Source: Bacteroidota bacterium (lineage in GTDB: Bacteria; Bacteroidota; Ignavibacteria; Kryptoniales; JAKASW01). Taken from it: 64,000 nucleotides of DNA. Numbering within the stretch: position 1 is the first letter of the stretch; every line of letters starts with the position of its first letter. The translations under genes were made by a program, and so were the position numbers. Location of the stretch: positions 14,291 through 78,290 of the forward strand of contig JAJZNW010000032.1 of assembly GCA_021811615.1 (NCBI GenBank), read 5' to 3'. Positions 48,510-57,671 of this stretch are shown here, piece by piece. The notes beneath the pieces are model-generated. The model was not told the origin of the DNA and searched no databases. It saw nothing but the letters and a program-made list of their open reading frames with translations.

Positions 48510-48664
48510 GACTTGCTCCTTTCGGTTTGGTAATAAATTACTTTGTGGGGAAATAACACCGTGAAGGTTTGCAGTAATTAGATATTACCAGGTAGGTATT
48601 GTGCTTATTCTCTGCATCACTTCAACCACTGAAAAAAAATAGGTTCCGTACTAAAGGAAGGCAA
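48510..48664 (-). promoter_or_regulatory. promoter (TTGCCT-N17-TATTTT) plus a block-conserved leader of about 120 nt for receptor gene 1
   Basis: On the minus strand, -35 is at 48664..48659 and -10 at 48641..48636. The leader shares identical blocks with the paralog leader at 52042..52195: plus-strand TTGCTCCTTTCGGTTTGGTAA (21 nt, including the SD), CTGCATCACTTCA (13 nt), and GTGAAGGT(T/G)TGCAG. Confidence 0.45.
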
Positions 48665-48771
48665 GTTAAGAAAGGATTATCAAACAGTTAACGGAAAGGG
48701 CGGTCGCATGGCGACATGCTTAAGCATGTGTTCCACTATGCTGCAGTCATAGGAAGCATCACATATAAGCA

Positions 48772-48853
48772 AACCGTGCTTCCGCAACCAAACGATCGCA
48801 GAAGCACGGTTGAAAGCCCCTGGTATTCGTGCCGGCTCAGTCTTATGCCGGCA
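48772..48853 (-). terminator. two hairpins downstream of receptor gene 2 (candidate terminators without a U-tract)
   Basis: Hairpin 1 has a 7-bp stem TGCCGGC/GCCGGCA at 48830..48836 / 48847..48853, 14 nt after the stop. Hairpin 2 has a perfect 11-bp stem AACCGTGCTTC/GAAGCACGGTT at 48772..48782 / 48801..48811 with an 18-nt loop. Confidence 0.35.
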
Positions 48854-48867
48854 TCACATCCAGTTGG

Positions 48868-51800
48868 TTAGAAGTTGTATCTGGCACCGAGTTGCATCTG
48901 CCATCTGGAATAGAACGGATCGGGTGTCCATGGGTGGCCGCTCGATGGGAGAGTAAGCTGGAAGGTGGGCTGCCCTGCCGAATTCTTTCCTTCATAGTTC
49001 ATCAATTCGTAAGTACCGTACGGAACTGTCTCGACATATCCCCAACTGTGATTGAGAAGGTTAAGAACATTTAGAATGTCGAGCGTGAACTCAATGTTCT
49101 GCCCGTCAATAGTCGGGATGTCCTGCGCGAGGCGCAGATTGAGCTGACCATCCCACGGAGATCTTCCACCGTTGCGCGGGACGATCTGACCCTTGTATTT
49201 GCTGAGATACGGGTCGCCATTGATGTAATTGGCTAGCTCAGTGTAATCCGAAGCAGGAGCAGGGACCCAGGAACCACTTTGTTTTACCACCAGGTTTATG
49301 TCGCCACCCGGGGCCGGATATTTCGGAACATAAACAAGATCGTTCACGTTGGAGCCGTCGCCGTTCACGTCGCCATAATAGATGTATGAGAAGGGACTGC
49401 CCGACATTCCCGTGTAAAAGAGAGAGAGCGTGGTGGCGAAGCCGTGCGCGTACTGTACCTCCTCGGAGACCGACACGACGACTCTGCTGGGGACCGAGAA
49501 ATCCGAGACCGCGAGAGGCGGATTGTTTGGATTTCCCCCGATCGGGTTGTAGTACCATTGAGAATATGCCTGACTGGATGTCACGGCGTTCTGATCGTAG
49601 GCCTGACTGAACGTGTAGGACAAGTCGAGGAAGGCCAGATCGTTTATTCCTTTGTCACCGAGCATCTGAAAGATACCTTCTGCGAACTGCCTGTGAAGAG
49701 ACGCAGTCAGATCGTACTCGTAAGGTTTGTTTGTATTTGTCATATAGACAACCCGCGTGAAGGCGCTATCCAACAACCCACTATAAAGCGGCCTTCCGCC
49801 CAGACCGACATAATTATCGTGTCCGGCGAGGGGAACTATATTGAGGTTCTGATACATCACATCGTTTATCGATTGAGTAAACAATCCTTCCAATGTGCCG
49901 ACAAAACCAAGCGGAAGCGCATGATCCACAGCGAGGTCGACTCTGAACACTTGAGGCATCTTGAAGTTCGGAGATGTCATGTCGACTTCGGTAGTGGTGA
50001 TTGGAACGAGTGCAGTATCGGTCCCACCGGCAACAGGCTGGGTAAGAGGATTTGGGTCGAAGAACCCGGGTGGAAGCCCCCTCGTAACATCGAGGCGGTT
50101 AATGTCCACGCCGGTGTTGCTGTACTGATTGGAAATCCAGACGTAAGGGACACGCCCGGTGAACACGCCAGCTCCGCCGCGTACCACCCATTGCCTGTCG
50201 CCATTGATGTCCCAGTTCCATCCAAGGCGGGGAGACCAGAGCAACTCGGTCTTCGGAGGCTGATCGGTTCTCAATCCCATGAATGCGAAGGCCTTGTCGA
50301 AGGTAGGGTTGTTGTATGGCTTCGTGGGGAACGTCGGAATATCGAGCCGGAGACCGTAGGTGAGTTTCAGGTTGGGGATTATGCTCCATTCATCCTGCGC
50401 ATAAAGACCGTATTGAACCGCGCTCCAGTCCGCCATCGGCTGTTGTACTCCGGGAATGTTCGAGTAGTCGTGCCTGAATTCGGATGGGCTGCCGGCCTGC
50501 AGGGCTGCAAGACTTCCGAAGTTGTAAAAGCCGTAATAGTCCGGTAGAAACAGATTGTTGAAGGTGAAGGACTCATCGTGAGTGCCGAACGTAAACAGAT
50601 GACTTCCGGCAACGAGCGAGAGGTTATCCGTGAGTTCCCAGATATATTGATAAGTATGATTGGCGCCCGAATACTGTTCTGTCCCAGCGACGATAGTACC
50701 ACCCGAAAAACCGGATGCATGAGACAACTGAATCATAGGCATGAGGGGATTCGGGACAATGCGGTGGTCGATGATCGAGGTGTAGTTCAGGATTGCCTCG
50801 TTCGAGAGGTTCGAGCCAAAGGAGCTGTTCAGCTGAGCGACTATCGAATTGGTCTTGTCATTGAATGTGTATGCCGCCGAACTCAGGTACAGCGTGTTGT
50901 AACTCCGGGATATAACATCCTTATTGGCATTAACGAAATTATACCTCAAACTCAGTTTTTCGGTCTCCGACATATTGTAGTCGATCCTGGCGAACACCTT
51001 GTTGGATGGGGTCAGAGCGGTGTATGTGGAAGCTGTACCCGGATTGAGATTGTACTGCTGCTGAAGGACGTTTATGAATGCCTGTATCAGAGAGTCCGAA
51101 GCGGCAGATGTATTCTCTATGGGCTGGCGCTCCCTGTCGATTTCGCCGTTGACGAAGAAGAAGAGCTTGTTCTTGACTATCGGACCGCCGAGACGGAATC
51201 CTGTCTGAACGTTGCTGAACTTAGGATAGGGCGTTTTCTCGGCGTTGGGGCTCGTGCCGATGAAGTTCTGGTTCTGCCCGAAGAAATAGACGGATCCTTC
51301 GAATCTGTTGGTTCCGCTTCTCGTGATGGCGTTGACTTCGCCGCCCGTGAAGCCACCCTGGCGGACATCGAAAGGCGCGAGCGAGACCTGAAATGTCTGA
51401 ATAGCATCGAGGCTTATCGGCGTGGTGCCGGCCTGACCGCCCGGCGTCCCACTGGATGGAAGGCCAAACAAATCGTTGTAGTTGGCACCGTCGATCTGGA
51501 TGTTGTTATACTTATTGTTCCTGCCGAGCGCGGAGTTGTCCACGAAACCGGGAGAAAGCGCCTCGAAATCCTGGAAGCTCCTTGTAATGGTCGGGAAGCT
51601 CTCGATGAATTTTCTCGATACGGTAGTTGCGGCTCCGGTGCGGTTAGTGTTTGAAAGACCGGGTGCATTTGCTATGACCTCCACCCCGCCGACACTTACC
51701 GCCTGCTCGGTAAGTTTGAAATTCAGTTCGAGGTTCTGACCAATTTCCAAGAAAACGTTCCTGACTTCCTGCGTTCTGTAGCCGACATCGGAGACGGTGA

Positions 51801-52041
51801 TTGTATAAGGCCCACCGACTCTCATACCGCGAATGTAATAGCGTCCATCGAGCTGTGTGCTGTTACCGTACTTGGTTCCCGACGGGACATGAAGCGCTAT
51901 CACCGTCGCACCAGGAACCGGTTGGCCATTTGTATCCTTGACCGTTCCGCTTATCGACGCAGTTGTGACACCCTGCGCATAAATAGAGACTGGAACGACA
52001 AGGAGCAGAGCCAGAAGAAGGAAACCTCGTAACAATTTCAT
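48868..52041 (-). CDS. Oar-like TonB-dependent outer-membrane receptor with CarboxypepD_reg domain (tandem paralog)
   Basis: 1057 aa. It is collinear with the 45279..48509 product along its whole length (e.g. SISGTVKDTNGQPVPGATVIA...YTITVSDVGYRTQ; NNIQIDGANYNDLFGL; terminal ...ARYNF). Confidence 0.9.
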   Translation of the reverse strand: MKLLRGFLLLALLLVVPVSIYAQGVTTASISGTVKDTNGQPVPGATVIALHVPSGTKYGNSTQLDGRYYIRGMRVGGPYTITVSDVGYRTQEVRNVFLEIGQNLELNFKLTEQAVSVGGVEVIANAPGLSNTNRTGAATTVSRKFIESFPTITRSFQDFEALSPGFVDNSALGRNNKYNNIQIDGANYNDLFGLPSSGTPGGQAGTTPISLDAIQTFQVSLAPFDVRQGGFTGGEVNAITRSGTNRFEGSVYFFGQNQNFIGTSPNAEKTPYPKFSNVQTGFRLGGPIVKNKLFFFVNGEIDRERQPIENTSAASDSLIQAFINVLQQQYNLNPGTASTYTALTPSNKVFARIDYNMSETEKLSLRYNFVNANKDVISRSYNTLYLSSAAYTFNDKTNSIVAQLNSSFGSNLSNEAILNYTSIIDHRIVPNPLMPMIQLSHASGFSGGTIVAGTEQYSGANHTYQYIWELTDNLSLVAGSHLFTFGTHDESFTFNNLFLPDYYGFYNFGSLAALQAGSPSEFRHDYSNIPGVQQPMADWSAVQYGLYAQDEWSIIPNLKLTYGLRLDIPTFPTKPYNNPTFDKAFAFMGLRTDQPPKTELLWSPRLGWNWDINGDRQWVVRGGAGVFTGRVPYVWISNQYSNTGVDINRLDVTRGLPPGFFDPNPLTQPVAGGTDTALVPITTTEVDMTSPNFKMPQVFRVDLAVDHALPLGFVGTLEGLFTQSINDVMYQNLNIVPLAGHDNYVGLGGRPLYSGLLDSAFTRVVYMTNTNKPYEYDLTASLHRQFAEGIFQMLGDKGINDLAFLDLSYTFSQAYDQNAVTSSQAYSQWYYNPIGGNPNNPPLAVSDFSVPSRVVVSVSEEVQYAHGFATTLSLFYTGMSGSPFSYIYYGDVNGDGSNVNDLVYVPKYPAPGGDINLVVKQSGSWVPAPASDYTELANYINGDPYLSKYKGQIVPRNGGRSPWDGQLNLRLAQDIPTIDGQNIEFTLDILNVLNLLNHSWGYVETVPYGTYELMNYEGKNSAGQPTFQLTLPSSGHPWTPDPFYSRWQMQLGARYNF

Positions 52042-52195
52042 GAATTGCTCCTTTCGGTTTGGTAAGAATTGACTTCGTAGGGAAATAGTTTTGTGAAGGT
52101 GTGCAGTAACGTAATAAGCCCGGAATGGTATATGGTTGTCTTCTGCATCACTTCAGCCTCTGTGAAAAAATAGTTTTCGTGTCCCGCAAATGCAA
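52042..52195 (-). promoter_or_regulatory. promoter (TTGCAT-N17-TATTTT) plus a block-conserved leader of about 120 nt for receptor gene 2
   Basis: On the minus strand, -35 is at 52195..52190 and -10 at 52172..52167. The conserved blocks are those listed for 48510..48664. Confidence 0.45.
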
Positions 52196-52791
52196 GCAGA
52201 AGGAGGCTAACAAAAGGTTAAGCCTTATTATTGCCAACATCTGTTTAGGGTAACATCAAGAATTACAATCTCCGGTAGTTTACCAGCGCGAGAGTGTTTA
52301 GTGTTCGCGGACAAATCCCTGAGGCCGAAGATTGGATGGACAACAATCGGCGTTAACCGCGCAGGCCCTTCACCGGCAAGCCGACTTTGCACAGCCAGAT
52401 TCATTGCGAGCTTCATATAGGCTCGACGAATTCATATCCGTCATACCTCGGTGGACGGTATTAGGAAAGCGATTGGCCAATCGAAGATCCGGCGGAAAGA
52501 CGTGAAGAGATCACGACTGCCCGAAAACGGAAAGTCAGTCAGTGCCCTTCAATGCTAACTTAGAGGAAGAGAGGTGAGCCGCCGAGGGAGCCAGGAGGAG
52601 ATGAAGATAAAAAGTGCGAAGGAGGAAAGTGCCAGGACATGGACACCCGTTTCAAAAGGAGAAGACATGGCCGACTCCTTCGCCTTTTTGCGAAGTGGCA
52701 CAAGCAGCGAAGTGCCAACCATCGTCAGACTCAGCGCTGTCTCAGAAGCTCCGTTTCATCGTACAGAACTCCTGGCCCACACGACCTCTTC

Positions 52792-54723
52792 TTAATTCTC
52801 CCCGCCCGTTGATTCCCAGATGTTGTTTGCCCGGTTTACGTCGGGTAAGTCATGGTCGGGATCGAGAACTACCTTCACAACATTTTTATTCCCGTACACG
52901 GGGTAGCTGTAGTGGTTCCCATCGTACCAGATCTGCACCGGCAGCTTGTAATCCCTGTATGTCCCGTCGGCAAATTTCACCTTCAATTCCGCCGGCATGA
53001 CAAGTCCGCGGTTGTTTGACATGTAAATGATCGTGACGCCGGAATCTGCCACCACAGAATCGACGGCCTGATCGAGGACATGTGTCGAATAGAACCATCC
53101 GCGCCAGAACCAGCTCAGGTCCTGGCCTGTGTAGTCGTCGATAGTTCTGAAAAAGTCGGATGGAAGCGGATGCTTGAATGCCCAGCGGCGAATATAGGCA
53201 TTGAAGGCGGGATCGAAAAGCTTCGGACCTACAATGAAGTCCCTTAGCAGCCTCAGACCGAAGGCGGGCTTTGTGTATTCGAGAAATCCCATATTCTGTG
53301 GAAGAACCTGATCGGCCCGAGTATCTATTATCTGGTCGTTCTTCGAGGAGAGCATCTCTTTTGCTATGGCATCAGCGTTGAACGAGAGGCTCTCCCGTGA
53401 TGTGTCGCCGTAGAAATCCTTATTCGAATAATAATTCAGGAAGGTGTTGAAGCCCTCGTCCATCCACGCGTGCCGGCGCTCGTCGCTGCCGACCATCATG
53501 GGGAACCAGCTGTGGCCGAACTCGTGGTCAGTAACCTGGTACAGGAATTGGCCCCGGGCGTGCACGGAGCAGAAGACTATCATCGGATACTCCATACCGA
53601 GGACGACGCCGGCGACATTGACGGCCACCGGGTAAGGATACGGATAGTAATTCGTCGAATAATACATGAGCGTGTGCCGCATCATCGATATAACCGATTC
53701 CCAGCCCGGTTTGCGGACGGAAGTATCGGAGGCAACCCCCTCCTTCGGGTACACCGCCATCAGGAGAACATCCTTCCAGTGAGAGGCATCCCAGATGAAT
53801 GCTTTTGAGGCTGCCCATGTAAAATCGCGGACGTTCTTCGCCTGAAAGATCCATGTCAGTTCCCCCTTCCCTGCCGGCCGTGAATCGGGGCTGCCGACTT
53901 CGCCGGCGGGTATTACATGGACAGTCTCATCAGTTTTCATCGCCTCTCCAAGTCTGTCGCGCTCCGTGCCAGTCAGGACTGTGTTCGGATTTTGAAGGAC
54001 TCCCGTCGCGACCACGATGAATCCGTGAGGGACCGTGATCTGAACGTTGAAGTCGCCATACTCGAGATAAAACTCGCCTTCACCTAGATAAGGGAGCGGG
54101 TTCCAGCCGTGGGCGTCATCGTAGACGTACATCCTCGGATACCATTGAGCAATTTCGTATATCGTGCCGTCCTTTGACTGGTACTTACCCATCCTGTCTG
54201 AACCGTATTCAGGGATCTTGAAGTGCCATGATATTTCGATATCGAGTTTTCCTCCCCGCGCCGGGAGCGGCCTCCCCAGATAGATGATCATCCTCGTGCC
54301 GTCCACTACATAGCGGATATTCTCCCTTTCACCGTCCTGAACGATCGCGACGCTCTTCAGAATATCTCCGCCGTTCTTGAACGCACCGCGCCAGCGGGCT
54401 TCAGGTGAGTCGTACTCATCGTTCCCCCGGCTGCCGTCCTTGAACAAATTCTGGTCGAGTTGGAGCCAGAGATGCGATAGCGGCATCGGTGAATTGTTCG
54501 TGTACGTGATCGTCTCCGAACCGGAGACTTCGTTCGCAGTTGTATCGAGGGATACCTTTATGTTGTAATCGGCCCTTTGCTGCCAATACCCCGGTCCGGG
54601 GCGACCGTCCGCCGTGCGGCAGCTGCCCGGAGTTGGCCAGTTCATAGGAGCGAAGGTCGATGGATTGCTGCGTGCCCATGCCGAAGACGCAGTGAATAGG
54701 AGTACGAGGAAACTAATTTTCAT
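52792..54723 (-). CDS. M1-family zinc metallopeptidase (aminopeptidase N-like), secreted
   Basis: HEFGHSWF...WMDEGF forms the HExxH-x18-E zinc site. I prefer ATG 54723 (MKISFLVLLFTASSAWA signal peptide, AAGGAG 7 nt upstream) over the track start 54738. Confidence 0.9.
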   Translation of the reverse strand: MKISFLVLLFTASSAWARSNPSTFAPMNWPTPGSCRTADGRPGPGYWQQRADYNIKVSLDTTANEVSGSETITYTNNSPMPLSHLWLQLDQNLFKDGSRGNDEYDSPEARWRGAFKNGGDILKSVAIVQDGERENIRYVVDGTRMIIYLGRPLPARGGKLDIEISWHFKIPEYGSDRMGKYQSKDGTIYEIAQWYPRMYVYDDAHGWNPLPYLGEGEFYLEYGDFNVQITVPHGFIVVATGVLQNPNTVLTGTERDRLGEAMKTDETVHVIPAGEVGSPDSRPAGKGELTWIFQAKNVRDFTWAASKAFIWDASHWKDVLLMAVYPKEGVASDTSVRKPGWESVISMMRHTLMYYSTNYYPYPYPVAVNVAGVVLGMEYPMIVFCSVHARGQFLYQVTDHEFGHSWFPMMVGSDERRHAWMDEGFNTFLNYYSNKDFYGDTSRESLSFNADAIAKEMLSSKNDQIIDTRADQVLPQNMGFLEYTKPAFGLRLLRDFIVGPKLFDPAFNAYIRRWAFKHPLPSDFFRTIDDYTGQDLSWFWRGWFYSTHVLDQAVDSVVADSGVTIIYMSNNRGLVMPAELKVKFADGTYRDYKLPVQIWYDGNHYSYPVYGNKNVVKVVLDPDHDLPDVNRANNIWESTGGEN

Positions 54724-54978
54724 TATTGTCTCCTTCATTGCCTGGGATAATGGATTGGAGGAAGAAGTGGGATCAAGGCGCTATGACAAATCCTTCTCGT
54801 TGTCAGGGCTCATCATTTGAAGCTGCAGGAAATCCGGAAGGGGTCGCGAAGCGTGTCATGTGAAAAAAGACGGTCATGACTGATAAAAGTTCAATACGGT
54901 CGTATTCCGTTCGCGGAACACAAGTCAGAAGAAAAGAGGGCCCATCAGAATGAGGCAGGATGGAGAACGAAGGGACGA

Positions 54979-55755
54979 TCAGCCGAAACGGCCGGTTATG
55001 TAGTCTTCGGTCTGTTTCTTCTTCGGCCTCGTGAACATATCGCGCGTGCCGCTGAATTCAATGAGCTCGCCGATATAGAAGAACGCGGTGTTGTCGCTGA
55101 CTCGCGCCGCCTGCTGCATATTGTGGGTTACGATGACGATGGTGTACCTGTCCTTAAGCTGGAAAATGAGTTCCTCTATCTTTGCAGTGGAAAGAGGGTC
55201 CAGGGCGGATGCCGGTTCGTCCATGAGAATAACTTCGGGATCGACCGCGAGCGTTCTCGCTATGCACAGTCTTTGCTGCTGACCGCCGGATAGACTCGCG
55301 CCGGATTTCTTGAGCGAGTCTTTCACTTCGTCCCACAATGCCGCCTGGACAAGGGTTTTCTCAACTACCTCGTCAAGTTCTTTCCGTTTGTGTCTACCGG
55401 TAAGCTTCAGGCCAGCAACGACATTGTCGTAGATCGACATCGTCGGGAAGGGATTCGGCTTCTGGAAAACCATCCCAATTTTCTTTCTAACCAGGACCGG
55501 GTCGACGCCGGAGGCGTAAATGTCAGTGCCATCGACGAGGACCCTACCCGTGATACGCGCATCGCGAGCGAGCTCGTGCATACGGTTGAGTGTCCTCAGG
55601 AACGTGGTCTTCCCACAGCCCGAGGGGCCGATGAAAGCGGTGACCTTCGACTTCGGTATCGAGATACTGATTCCCTTGAGAACCTGGACTTTTCCAAAAT
55701 AGGCTTTGAGATCTTCGGTGACGATGCCAGTTGTATTTTCGGGTGTAGTGGTCAT
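54979..55755 (-). CDS. pstB: phosphate ABC transporter ATP-binding protein
   Basis: Walker [10 protein letters not shown], signature [13 protein letters not shown], Walker B ILMDEP, and a PstB-typical length and C-terminus (YITGRFG). Confidence 0.95.
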   Translation of the reverse strand: MTTTPENTTGIVTEDLKAYFGKVQVLKGISISIPKSKVTAFIGPSGCGKTTFLRTLNRMHELARDARITGRVLVDGTDIYASGVDPVLVRKKIGMVFQKPNPFPTMSIYDNVVAGLKLTGRHKRKELDEVVEKTLVQAALWDEVKDSLKKSGASLSGGQQQRLCIARTLAVDPEVILMDEPASALDPLSTAKIEELIFQLKDRYTIVIVTHNMQQAARVSDNTAFFYIGELIEFSGTRDMFTRPKKKQTEDYITGRFG

Positions 55756-56654
55756 GCAGAGTGCTCATATTTCTGTCTTGAGAATGTTCTCATTCCAAGA
55801 TTGACGATTAAGATAGCGAGGACCAGTATCAGTGCGCCGGCCCATGCCTGACGATGCCAGTCTCTGTAAGGAGATATCGCATAGTTGAATATCTGGACCG
55901 GCAGAGTCGAAATCGGCTGAGTCAGACTGTAGCTGAAGAAGGCATTGTTGAAGCTCGTAAAGAGTAGAGGTGCGGTTTCGCCGAGGACTCTCGCCCCCGC
56001 CAGCAGTATTCCGGTAATGATGCCGCTCTTGGCGCTCCTTAATATGACCGAAAGCACAGTCCGCCAATACGGGACGCCGAGAGCGAGCGAGGCCTCGCGT
56101 ATCGAGTTCGGCACGGTCTGCAATATTTCATCGGTCGTACGAAGAACCGTCGGAATCATCATGATGCCGAGCGCGAATCCACCCGCAAGGACGCTGAAGC
56201 TTTTCATCGGGAGGACCACCACCGTATACGCGAAGACGCCCATTACGATGGACGGTGTACCATTGAGGACGTCGGCAACGAACCGGACGACATTCGAGAA
56301 TTTCGCATGCGGGAATTCTCCGAGGAAGATTCCACCGAAGAGCCCGATCGGTATCCCGATGAGCGCCGCGATACCCACCACGTATGCAGAACCTATGATC
56401 GCATTAGCCATTCCTCCCCCCGGTTCGCCGACGGGCGCAGGTCTGTGGAGCAAAAAATTTATGTTCACCGAGGCGGCACCCTTGTAGAAAAGATACCCCA
56501 CGATGAGAATCAGGGGGAGAAGTACCACGAGGATGCTCGAAGAGAAAAGGGCTGTAAAGAAGCCGCTCGATATTTTCCGGCGCCAGTAGGAGAAACCGCT
56601 TCCCACAAGGACCGTTTTGCCTACAACGACCTTGTCGTCCGCCAAATCAACCAC
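55752..56654 (-). CDS. pstA: phosphate ABC transporter permease PstA
   Basis: 6-TM permease with an EAA-like loop ([20 protein letters not shown]). The track start 56654 is GTG and overlaps pstC by 34 nt. GTG 56606 is an alternative start. ATGA-type overlap with pstB. Confidence 0.85.
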   Translation of the reverse strand: MVDLADDKVVVGKTVLVGSGFSYWRRKISSGFFTALFSSSILVVLLPLILIVGYLFYKGAASVNINFLLHRPAPVGEPGGGMANAIIGSAYVVGIAALIGIPIGLFGGIFLGEFPHAKFSNVVRFVADVLNGTPSIVMGVFAYTVVVLPMKSFSVLAGGFALGIMMIPTVLRTTDEILQTVPNSIREASLALGVPYWRTVLSVILRSAKSGIITGILLAGARVLGETAPLLFTSFNNAFFSYSLTQPISTLPVQIFNYAISPYRDWHRQAWAGALILVLAILIVNLGMRTFSRQKYEHSA

Positions 56655-57589
56655 CTTGCAATCGCATTAACTATGAGAGTAATTAGAAGGAGAATGAAGG
56701 CTATCGCAATCAGCGCAGACAGGTAGGAAGTATAGGTCGCCTCCGTAAACTCATTCGCAATGACTGCGGCCATCGTATATCCAGGCTGAAAGAGGGATTC
56801 GGTTATTTTGGGAGTATTCCCGATAACCATAGTCACCGCCATCGTTTCGCCAAGGGCTCTCGCGAGTGCGAGAACTATAGAACCTAGAATTCCACTTCTG
56901 GCGAAAGGAAGTGCGATCTTCTTCAGAGTCTCCCAACGAGTCGCGCCGAGTGCGTACATCCCTTCTTTAAGCGGGACAGGAACTGTGCGAAGCACTTCCG
57001 TTGAGACAGAAATAATGAATGGTACAATCATAATTGCCAGTATCAAAGAAGCTGTAAGGAAACCGATGCCGAGTGCATAGCCTTTGAAGAACGGGAGATA
57101 ACCGAAATTATTTTGGAGGAAAGGTTCCACTACATTTGCCATCAAGGGCGAGAGGACAAAAATCCCCCAGAGGCCGTAAATGACGCTCGGTATCCCTGCG
57201 AGAAGTTCCACGAGCGGCTGTAACAGTCGGGTCAGCCAGTTCGGCGCGAGCTCCGCCAGGAAAATCGCGGTACCTATTCCAAGCGGCGTTGCGATCAGGA
57301 GAGCGAGGAACGATGTCACGAGAGTTCCGTAAATGAAAGGCAGGGCACCGAAGACTTGACTTACCGGGTTCCACGTGGTCCCCTTCACAAAATTCCAGAA
57401 CCCTGCATTTGCAAACGCTTCACGCGAAGACAGATAGAGATCGATGCCGAGCCAAACCAAGAGGACGATGACAAGAAAGGCAAAAAAACCTAGTACTACT
57501 TTGAAAACCGCATCGGCCCTTACGAAAGATTTCCTTTCGACCTCGAGCGGTCCCGCAACTGCTCCTGCATTCTCCAATTCGACAGCCAT
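56621..57589 (-). CDS. pstC: phosphate ABC transporter permease PstC
   Basis: 322 aa. PstC-like permease with an EAA loop (KEGMYALGATRWETLKKIALP). ATG at 57589. Confidence 0.85.
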   Translation of the reverse strand: MAVELENAGAVAGPLEVERKSFVRADAVFKVVLGFFAFLVIVLLVWLGIDLYLSSREAFANAGFWNFVKGTTWNPVSQVFGALPFIYGTLVTSFLALLIATPLGIGTAIFLAELAPNWLTRLLQPLVELLAGIPSVIYGLWGIFVLSPLMANVVEPFLQNNFGYLPFFKGYALGIGFLTASLILAIMIVPFIISVSTEVLRTVPVPLKEGMYALGATRWETLKKIALPFARSGILGSIVLALARALGETMAVTMVIGNTPKITESLFQPGYTMAAVIANEFTEATYTSYLSALIAIAFILLLITLIVNAIARWLIWRTTRSL

Positions 57590-57595
57590 TGTATA

Positions 57596-57671
57596 AAATT
57601 ATCCCGGGGCATTTACTTGGAGGTTAACTTAATATTAAGGAATTGTTAAGCGAATTTGACGCGAATGTTAA
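57596..57671 (-). promoter_or_regulatory. Pho-box-like array (five hexamers at 11-bp phasing) plus a -10 TAATTT immediately upstream of pstC
   Basis: The minus strand at 57671..57622 reads TTAACA ttcgc GTCAAA ttcgc TTAACA attcc TTAATA ttaag TTAACC. TAATTT lies at 57601..57596, 6 nt from ATG 57589. There is no TTG at the -35 position, which the last hexamer occupies. Confidence 0.45.
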
